A stretch of DNA of 32,000 nucleotides, taken from the NCBI RefSeq assembly GCF_000406145.1, contig NZ_CM001976.1, positions 43,186 through 75,185 on the forward strand, written 5' to 3'. This DNA is from Dickeya dadantii NCPPB 898 (lineage in GTDB: Bacteria > Pseudomonadota > Gammaproteobacteria > Enterobacterales > Enterobacteriaceae). Below are positions 25,284 to 32,000 of this stretch, piece after piece. The position numbers and the translations under genes are program-made. The notes under the pieces are model-generated. The model was not told the DNA's origin. It ran no database searches and saw nothing but the letters and a program-made list of their open reading frames with translations. The stretch's first letter is position 1; every line of letters starts with the position of its first letter.

Positions 25284-26390
25284 ATGATGGCGGAGATTGT
25301 ACTTGATGGCGTAACCAAAGCCTGGGGCGATACGCCGGTGCTGCACCCGGTTAATCTGACGCTGGCTGACGGCGAGTTTGTGGCGATCCTCGGGCCGTCC
25401 GGCTGCGGCAAATCCACCACGCTGTTTCTGCTGGCCGGACTGTATGCGCCGACGCAAGGGCAGATTCTGTTCGACGGCCAGCGGGTGAACGGCGTGGACG
25501 CGCGCGACCGCAACGTTGGCGTGGTGTTCCAGTCTTACGCGCTGTACCCGCATCTGAGCGTGTACGACAACATTGCGTTTCCGCTGCGTTTCAAACCCGC
25601 GGAACGTGCCGAGCGCGACCAGCGGGTGCGGGAAGCGGCGGCGCTGGTACAGGTGACGGAACTGCTGGAGCGCAAGCCGTCGGCGCTGTCCGGCGGACAG
25701 CAGCAGCGGGTAGCGCTGGCGCGGGCGTTGGTTAAGCGGCCGTCGCTGTTATTGCTGGACGAGCCGTTGTCCAACCTCGACGCCACCTTGCGTATGACGA
25801 TGCGCACCGAACTGAAAGCGATTCACGCCCGTTCGCGCGCCACCACGCTGATGGTGACGCACGATCAACTGGAAGCCATGACGCTCGCCAGCCGCATTAT
25901 CTGTATGAATCAGGGGCGGGTGGAGCAGATCGGCACCCCGCAACAGCTCTATCGCCAGCCCGCTAATACCTTTGTCGCCGGCTTTATCGGCTCGCCGCCG
26001 ATCTGCCTGCTGCCGGGGCAGGCCAGCGGCCGTCGGTTGACGGTGGGCGAAATAAGCTGGGGGTTGTCATCGACGTATCACGGCGCGCTGACGCTCGGTA
26101 TCCGGCCGGAAGACGTCACCCTGACGCCGCTGGGCGCCGGCCCGCTGTCCGGGCGCATCGAACACATTGAGCCGATGGGGCGGGAGGTCTTGTACCGCCT
26201 GCACACGTCGCTTGGGCCGTTGCAGGCGCTGGCGGCCGGTTCGACGGCGCAGTATGACGCGGGGATGCTCGTCGGGGTGTCGCCGTCGGTGGATGCTCTG
26301 CTGCTGTTTGACGCCGACGGCAATCGTCTGCCCGATGTCGGCGTGGTACTGCCCGCCGATGTCGTTTCCGCCTGCCGGACGGCAGGTTAA
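25284..26390 (+). CDS. ABC transporter ATP-binding protein (MalK/UgpC-like)
   Basis: Walker A GPSGCGKST. Q-loop. Signature LSGGQQQRVALARAL. Walker B LLLLDEPLS. H-loop VTHDQ. C-terminal regulatory (TOBE-like) domain. Confidence 0.92.
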   Translation: MMAEIVLDGVTKAWGDTPVLHPVNLTLADGEFVAILGPSGCGKSTTLFLLAGLYAPTQGQILFDGQRVNGVDARDRNVGVVFQSYALYPHLSVYDNIAFPLRFKPAERAERDQRVREAAALVQVTELLERKPSALSGGQQQRVALARALVKRPSLLLLDEPLSNLDATLRMTMRTELKAIHARSRATTLMVTHDQLEAMTLASRIICMNQGRVEQIGTPQQLYRQPANTFVAGFIGSPPICLLPGQASGRRLTVGEISWGLSSTYHGALTLGIRPEDVTLTPLGAGPLSGRIEHIEPMGREVLYRLHTSLGPLQALAAGSTAQYDAGMLVGVSPSVDALLLFDADGNRLPDVGVVLPADVVSACRTAG

Positions 26391-26417
26391 TATCCACATC
26401 TACCAACAGGTTGCCTC

Positions 26418-27281
26418 ATGCATATTGTTAGCTACAACATTCAATACGGTCTTGGCCGCGACGGTCGCTACGATCTGGCTCGCATCGCCGATGAAGTGCG
26501 CGGTGCGGATATCATCTGTATGCAGGAAGTGGAACGCTTCTGGCAACGCTCCGGCATGATGGATCAACCGGCGGAGCTGGCGGCGCTGCTGGGTGAGTAC
26601 CACTGGGTGTACGGCGCCAATCTGGACGTGGACGCCAGCACCGTGGCGGCGGACGGTCGGGTCGTCAATCGTCGCCGCCAGTTCGGTACTCTGACGCTGT
26701 CCCGCCGGCCGATTCTCTCCAGCCGCAACTTTCCGCTGCCGAAATTCGGCACCCTGACCCAGCACTCTATTCAGCAAGGCGTGCTGGAAACGGTGATCGA
26801 CACCGGTGCCGGGGCGATCCGCGTCTATAACACCCATCTCAGTCATCTGTGCGCCGGCACCCGGTTGCCGCAGGTGGAGGCGATGCTGGCGCTTTTCGCC
26901 CGCGCCCCGGATGAAGGCGGTGCCTGGTGCGGCGGACATCCCGACCCGAGCGCGGGCTGGACCGAAGGCCGGATGCCGCTGATGCCGCTGGAGATGATCC
27001 TGATGGGGGACTTGAACTGCCTGCCGGACAGTGAGGAGTACAGCCGTCTGGTTGGGCCGGTGTCGCCGCATCACGGCCGGCTGGTTCGCCACCGTGGGCT
27101 GATGGACGCCTGGGTCGCCGCCGGTCAGCCGGAGAGCAGCGGTTCTACTCATCCGGATGTCGGCGGCCGTATCGATCACTGCCTGTTGACGCCATCGCTG
27201 GGGCTGACGGTGCGCCGTTGCTGGGCGGATACCGAGAATCAAGGCTCCGATCACCACCCGCTGTGGGTCGAATTGCAATAA
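26418..27281 (+). CDS. Endonuclease/exonuclease/phosphatase (EEP) family protein, cytoplasmic
   Basis: N-terminal SYNIQYG...ICMQEV. NTHL. GDLN. C-terminal SDHHPLWVEL, which is typical of the EEP fold. No signal peptide. Confidence 0.8.
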   Translation: MHIVSYNIQYGLGRDGRYDLARIADEVRGADIICMQEVERFWQRSGMMDQPAELAALLGEYHWVYGANLDVDASTVAADGRVVNRRRQFGTLTLSRRPILSSRNFPLPKFGTLTQHSIQQGVLETVIDTGAGAIRVYNTHLSHLCAGTRLPQVEAMLALFARAPDEGGAWCGGHPDPSAGWTEGRMPLMPLEMILMGDLNCLPDSEEYSRLVGPVSPHHGRLVRHRGLMDAWVAAGQPESSGSTHPDVGGRIDHCLLTPSLGLTVRRCWADTENQGSDHHPLWVELQ

Positions 27282-27293
27282 CCGACACGTCTG

Positions 27294-27319
27294 TCACCCG
27301 CGGCGAGGTCTGCGGGTGA
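27294..27319 (+). terminator. Hairpin after the EEP gene (weak terminator candidate)
   Basis: tcacccgc-N10-gcgggtga. A T-rich tract follows only after a gap. Confidence 0.3.
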
Positions 27320-27478
27320 TAGTCGATTTATGGTTATTTTTCATTCATTTTTTTTGAAAGATATCTGCAAATAAACCCGGTTTTAACGTCGGGTTAACAG
27401 GTCTATTATCACTTCCATCGAAAGCGAAGACGCTTTCAGTAAAGAAATCAACCGAATTCAACGTGAAGGATATTGACC

Positions 27479-27745
27479 ATGAAAGCTATCAAAAACTTTG
27501 TTGCAGTTATCGCCCTGGCTACCGTTTCTTTCGGCACCTTTGCTGCGACCACGTCCACTGCGACTGAAGTACAGCAATCCGCCAGCCTGTCCGTCGGCAC
27601 CGTCAGCGCGACTGCCGCTACGCTGGATGGCCTGCAAGCCAGCCTGTCTGAAAAAGCGAACGCCGCCGGCGCCAAATCGTTCCGCATCATCTCCGCCACC
27701 TCCGGCGAAAACCAGATGCACGGCGTGGCTGAACTGTACAACTAA
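27479..27745 (+). CDS. DUF1471 (YdgH/BhsA/McbA-like) small periplasmic stress protein, paralog 2
   Basis: 88 aa, with 7 aa differences from paralog 1. Same RBS and leader. Confidence 0.85.
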   Translation: MKAIKNFVAVIALATVSFGTFAATTSTATEVQQSASLSVGTVSATAATLDGLQASLSEKANAAGAKSFRIISATSGENQMHGVAELYN

Positions 27746-27805
27746 TCCCATCGATATAAAAAATAACGCCGATATTCGCTAACACCAGTATCACGTGCAG
27801 CAATG

Positions 27806-27833
27806 GCCGCCTTCGGGCGGCTTTGTTGTTTTT
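27806..27833 (+). terminator. Rho-independent terminator (same hairpin as at 20668)
   Basis: gccgcc-ttcg-ggcggc followed by TTTGTTGTTTTT. Confidence 0.8.
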
Positions 27834-27869
27834 AGAGAAGAGCAATGAGGAGAAATGGTCGTGGATTTT

Positions 27870-28502
27870 TTATGCCGACAGCCATCCTCTCAGGATGTTG
27901 ACCAGCACTGGTGCGTAAGGCGTCAGCCTGCCGTTTTGCGGGGAACTGAAATCGTTAATGACGGCTGTTAACAGATCGTCGTCTTCCAACCCTTCGTCAG
28001 GATCGATACCGTTAGTCCATAACAGGCTATCGATAAACTGTTTGCGTATCTCAATTAGCTTTTTGTTATGGGTTTCATTGTCGCCAAGGTTAAGTACCCG
28101 AATAGCATCCTGCGCGCGTGCTGTCGTGCCGCTGACGCGTCCGCTAATCATAAATTGCAATTCGGTTTCGCATTCCGCCATTAGTGGAGTAAGGGAAAAC
28201 GGTTGTGAACCGTGGGCGGCGTCGCACTGATTTGGCGTAGTACAACTGGCGGCGATATTGGTGAAATCGAGGCTACGGTGAGGCGCTAATTTTCTTGCCT
28301 GCACGTGCTCATTCATGGTGTCGCTGTTATCACCGCTAATCGGTTTGCAGCAGTAGGCGCACAGGTAAAACTGCTCTTTGGCGCAGGCATCACGGATGTC
28401 CTGCCGCTCGGTTTCTGTCAAATCGTCGTACCGGCCTGTGGGATTGGCGCGTTTCCAGACTGTCAGGCTGGCAGGTTCCGTACCTTTAGTGATTTTTCTC
28501 AC
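27870..28502 (-). CDS. ptuB: HNH-type nuclease of the TIGR02646 / PtuB-like family (Septu-like partner protein)
   Basis: 210 aa. Motif LCAYCCKPI...NEHVQARKLAPH...ASCTTPNQCDAAHG (Cys pairs plus His residues of an HNH/zinc-finger core). 17-nt overlap with the upstream ATPase ORF. Low GC. Confidence 0.55.
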   Translation of the reverse strand: MRKITKGTEPASLTVWKRANPTGRYDDLTETERQDIRDACAKEQFYLCAYCCKPISGDNSDTMNEHVQARKLAPHRSLDFTNIAASCTTPNQCDAAHGSQPFSLTPLMAECETELQFMISGRVSGTTARAQDAIRVLNLGDNETHNKKLIEIRKQFIDSLLWTNGIDPDEGLEDDDLLTAVINDFSSPQNGRLTPYAPVLVNILRGWLSA

Positions 28503-29920
28503 CGCGTAACTCCTGTTTGCGCAGTAATAGGCGGGCTTTGGTCAATTCCAGATTGGTGGCGGGCAACTCCGCGGTCAGTTCATCCAATAACGCTTTGGCT
28601 GGCGTTAATTGCTGGCGCTGGATCATGTCCAGCAGGTCACTAAATTTTTCCGCGATTCGCGCGTTACGGATATGGGTATCCATCACCTCCAGCAACACGC
28701 TATTGGCATCCTGACCGTATTGGGATGGCACCACGGTCAGTTCGCCGTTATCCAGTGAATACACCAACACATCTTTGTAATCGCTGATCACCAGCGGCGA
28801 GTGGGTGGTCAGAATAAACTGGCAGTGGGGGAAGGTGGTGGTCAGCCGTTCGATAATGCTGCGCTGCCACGACGGATGCAGGTGCATATCCACTTCATCG
28901 ATCAGCACAATGCCTTGCCCGTGCAACGGGTTGTCCAGCGTCGGATTCATAATCGCCAGACGACGCGCGATATCACCCACCAGCGCCATCAGCGATTTTT
29001 CGCCCTGCGACAGTTGCAGCACGTTAAGCGGCTTTCCCTCTTTATTGATGGACATATGCAGGCGGGGTTTGCGGCGTACTCGCAGATTGGAAAAACCCGG
29101 CATAAAGCGATAAATAGCCTGTCGAACGGCATCAAGCTGTGGGTCTTTATTCGATTTTAATGTTGCCAACCCATTCTTTATTTTTGTTAATTGTTCTTCA
29201 ACATTGATATTTTTATTTTTGTTGTTTGGGCTGAGAATTTGAGTAATAAACTGATCGGGATCGTTTTCGATCATATTAGAAAGGATGTCTGCCAAGGATG
29301 ACTCAGTTTTCGTTTTCAATATCTTCCTGCTCACGAAACCATTCGAAAAAACGCCGGAAATCCACCCCCTGATTGAGCGCGTTGTCATACCCATCTACCT
29401 GTTGAAAATGATGTTTATTTTTTATTTTCAGCGGAATATCCAGCACGCTGCGTTCGACTGGATAAAAGGCGATTAGCGGTAAGCTGCTTTGCTCGTTTTG
29501 CGTTAATGCGGAGCGATAATGATCCGCCAGCGCGGAAACCGCATTCAACTGGCTGGTGTGCTGCCCTTTTTTACCGCTGCGGGTTTTTGCCAGCGTCCAA
29601 TGGTATTCAGCGTCGTTGTCGGCAGCATGGCCTGAGAGCGGAGGAGTATCTTGTGCCATGACCTCAATCGCGGCGGAAGTATGGCCATTGGTAATGGTGC
29701 CTTCGTTGATGCCGCTACCGCTGCCTTTTTCACTGCGCACCCGTGCTACCAGCCAGCTGAGCGAGGTTGCCAGCGCTTGCAAAATGGAGGTTTTCCCGGC
29801 GCCATTATTGCCGACCAGCACCGTTACGTTGGAAGGATAATCAGCCGTTGGCGCGATGAGGGCATCAAGAGAAGTAAAGCGCCCGACGTTGTGCAACCTG
29901 AATTGCTTTATTTTCATCAT
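28486..29920 (-). pseudogene. ptuA: PtuA-like ABC/SMC-type ATPase with a broken reading frame: N-terminal fragment 29303..29920, C-terminal fragment 28486..29394
   Basis: The N-terminal fragment carries Walker A GNNGAGKTS (start MMKIKQFRLHNVG with an AAGGAA RBS). The C-terminal fragment carries LSQGEKS, Walker B VLIDEVDMHLHP and TTHSPLV. The two frames overlap over 92 nt and differ by +1. Confidence 0.6.
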
Positions 29921-30014
29921 CCGTTCCTTAGGTAAACGTTGAGTCGCCTGCGCAGTGTACAAATCTTCTGGCAATGATACATCCATTTCCGGGATTCATT
30001 GCGGGGATCACGTC

Positions 30015-31223
30015 TTACCCCAGCGCCTGTGCGCACGCCCAGGCGGAGCTCCAGGCCCACTGGAAGTTGTAACCGCCGAGCCAGCCGGTGACGTCCACCA
30101 CTTCGCCAATGAAGTACAGGCCCGGCACGTTGTTGGCTTCCATCGTTTTTGACGACAACTCGCGGGTGTCAACGCCGCCGAGCGTCACTTCCGCCGTGCG
30201 GTAGCCTTCAGTGCCGTTAGGCTGGACCCGCCACTGTTGCAGCGTGGTTTCCACCTCGGCCTGTTGCGGCTTGTTGAGCTGTTTCAGCGTGACGTCCGGT
30301 AATTGCCCCAGCGCCTGCAGGCTTTCCACCAGCCGTTTCGGCAGCCATTGCGCCAGCGTGTTTTTCAGGCTTTGATTCGGGTGTGCCAGACGTTCATTGT
30401 TAAGGCATTCGGTCAGATCAAGGTTGGGCAACAGGTTGATGGTGACGAATTCCCCCGGTTGCCAGTAGCTGGACAGCTGTAGGACCGCCGGGCCGGACAG
30501 GCCGCGGTGGGTAAACAGAATATTTTCGCGGAAGGTGGTGCCGTTTTCGGCCGTAACCACCGCCGGTACCGACACGCCGGAGAGCGTCTGCAACTGTTCC
30601 AGCAGCGGTTTGTGCAGGGTAAACGGCACCAGCGCGGCGCGGGTCGGTAACACCTTGAGGCCAAACTGCGCCGCCAGTTGATAGCCGAACGGGGTGGCGC
30701 CCAGCCCCGGCATCGACAGCCCGCCGGTGGCGATCACCACCGCCGGCGCCTGCATCACCCCGGTGTTGAGCGTCACCTGAAACTGCTCGCTTTTTTCCAC
30801 CGACAGCACCTCGCTGCGCAGGCGCAGCGTCACCTTGCCGGTTTCACACTCTTTCATCAGCATATCGACGATCTGCTGCGCGGAATCGTCGCAGAACAGC
30901 TGGCCGAGGGTTTTTTCGTGGTACGCGATGCCATGACGGTTGACCAGATCGATGAAATCCCACTGGGTGTAGCGGGCGAGGGCGGATTTACAGAAGTGCG
31001 GGTTGTTCGACAGATAGGCCGCGGGTTCGGCGTACAGATTCGTGAAGTTGCAGCGCCCGCCGCCGGACATCAGAATCTTGCGGCCCGGTTTTTTGCCGTT
31101 GTCCACCAGCAGCGCCCGCAGCCCTTTCTGGCCTGCCTGCGCCGCACAGAACAGCCCGGCCGCGCCCGCGCCAATGATGATTACGTCAAACTGTTCCACA
31201 TTACACTCCCGTTGTTCCGCCAT
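30015..31223 (-). CDS. yhiN: NAD(P)/FAD-dependent oxidoreductase, YhiN (HI0933/BaiN-like) family
   Basis: FDVIIIGAGAAGLFCAAQAGQKG dinucleotide-binding motif. KILMSGGGRCNFTN. C-terminal GGYNFQWAWSSG-like end. Adjacent to and divergent from pitA, as in E. coli. The true start may be GTG 31199, which has GGGAG 6 nt upstream. Confidence 0.88.
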   Translation of the reverse strand: MAEQRECNVEQFDVIIIGAGAAGLFCAAQAGQKGLRALLVDNGKKPGRKILMSGGGRCNFTNLYAEPAAYLSNNPHFCKSALARYTQWDFIDLVNRHGIAYHEKTLGQLFCDDSAQQIVDMLMKECETGKVTLRLRSEVLSVEKSEQFQVTLNTGVMQAPAVVIATGGLSMPGLGATPFGYQLAAQFGLKVLPTRAALVPFTLHKPLLEQLQTLSGVSVPAVVTAENGTTFRENILFTHRGLSGPAVLQLSSYWQPGEFVTINLLPNLDLTECLNNERLAHPNQSLKNTLAQWLPKRLVESLQALGQLPDVTLKQLNKPQQAEVETTLQQWRVQPNGTEGYRTAEVTLGGVDTRELSSKTMEANNVPGLYFIGEVVDVTGWLGGYNFQWAWSSAWACAQALG

Positions 31224-31502
31224 GCCATCGCCCCACAGGGCGGCCGATTATAGGCGATGTCCCGACGCCGGTCATCGCCCGGCGCGCCTTGTTTCTGACG
31301 CCATGCCGCGCCGCCGCCGTTTGCCGGTAACAAAGTGTGTGGATGGGTAAAAACAATAATGCTTTGATTTTTATTAACTAAATCATTGTCACCGGCAGAA
31401 GTGGCGTAAATTAAGTCAAAATAATGTCATATTTTGCTTTTCCCGTTTCCGCTTGTCACCGATAATGCGCCGCGTTCATGACCACTACATGGCCTAACAC
31501 TT

Positions 31503-32000
31503 ATGCTACATTTATTTGCCGGGCTTGATTTCCACACCGGTCTGATGCTGGTTCTCGCCCTGCTGTTTGTTCTGTTCTATGAAGCCATTAACGGCTTTCA
31601 CGATACCGCCAACGCGGTAGCCACCGTTATCTATACCCGTGCGATGCGTGCCCAACTGGCGGTTGTTATGGCCGGGGTTTTCAACTTTCTTGGGGTATTG
31701 CTGGGCGGCCTGAGCGTTGCATACGCCATTGTTCACCTGTTGCCGACCGATTTGCTGCTGAACGTTAGCTCCACCCACGGGCTGGCGATGGTGTTTTCGA
31801 TGCTGCTGGCGGCGATTATCTGGAATTTGGGCACCTGGTATTTCGGGCTGCCGGCTTCCAGCTCGCATACGCTGATCGGTTCCATCATCGGCATCGGTCT
31901 GACCAATGCGCTGGTGACCCATACCTCGGTGGTGGATGCGCTCAATATTCCCAAAATGGTCAGTATCTTCCTGTCGCTGCTGGTTTCGCCGGTGGTCGGC
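31503..32000 (+). CDS. pitA: Low-affinity inorganic phosphate transporter PitA, N-terminal part (runs off the window)
   Basis: Translation from ATG 31503 gives [48 protein letters not shown]..., the conserved PitA N-terminus (GFHDTANA motif). It is absent from the ORF track because no stop codon falls inside the window. Confidence 0.9.
   Translation, partial: MLHLFAGLDFHTGLMLVLALLFVLFYEAINGFHDTANAVATVIYTRAMRAQLAVVMAGVFNFLGVLLGGLSVAYAIVHLLPTDLLLNVSSTHGLAMVFSMLLAAIIWNLGTWYFGLPASSSHTLIGSIIGIGLTNALVTHTSVVDALNIPKMVSIFLSLLVSPVVG

Larger units (their letters stand above)
27344..27833 (+). repeat. Direct repeat copy 2 (promoter/leader + DUF1471 gene + terminator)
   Basis: See copy 1 (20217..20694). 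Confidence 0.9.

Noticed and set aside
27855-27971. Short plus-strand ORF antisense to the 3' end of the HNH gene (possible antitoxin-like peptide)
   Set aside because: The GAGGAG is only 2 nt from the ATG, and the ORF lies within a well-supported coding region on the other strand. There is no independent support for it.

Overview
Chromosomal window from a GC-rich enterobacterial genome. The gene content, an ERIC element and the eptB-proK and yhiN-pitA synteny point to Pectobacteriaceae such as Dickeya, but the taxon is inference. Recognisable core genes are the ligB 3' end, eptB, tRNA-Pro(CGG) proK, dsdA, yhiN and the pitA 5' end. Between proK and yhiN lies a mosaic of accessory metabolic modules. 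(1) A minus-strand operon encodes a heme-oxygenase-like iron enzyme, an SDR and a secreted TPR protein, and faces an MFS-LysR-MFS block. (2) A periplasmic AppA-type histidine acid phosphatase (phytase) is divergent from a CUT1-type ABC importer that lacks an ATPase gene and ends in a cytoplasmic PHP/CehA-like metallohydrolase. An ACR3-like permease and a coiled-coil, double zinc-ribbon membrane protein follow. (3) dsdA is translationally coupled to a GNAT gene that is split by a 127-bp ERIC element. (4) A ROK regulator is divergent from a complete CUT1 ABC importer plus an EEP-family phosphoesterase, and this whole module is bracketed by about 480-bp direct repeats, each carrying a DUF1471 (BhsA/YdgH-like) paralog. 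(5) A low-GC two-gene ATPase + HNH cassette resembles Septu (PtuA/PtuB). Its ATPase reading frame is broken into two overlapping ORFs, and it is wedged in just before yhiN. This cassette is the best candidate for an unusual system in the window. No rRNA, CRISPR array, integrase or transposase was seen. All family assignments rest on motifs read from the supplied translations and on remembered homolog sequences, with no database search.
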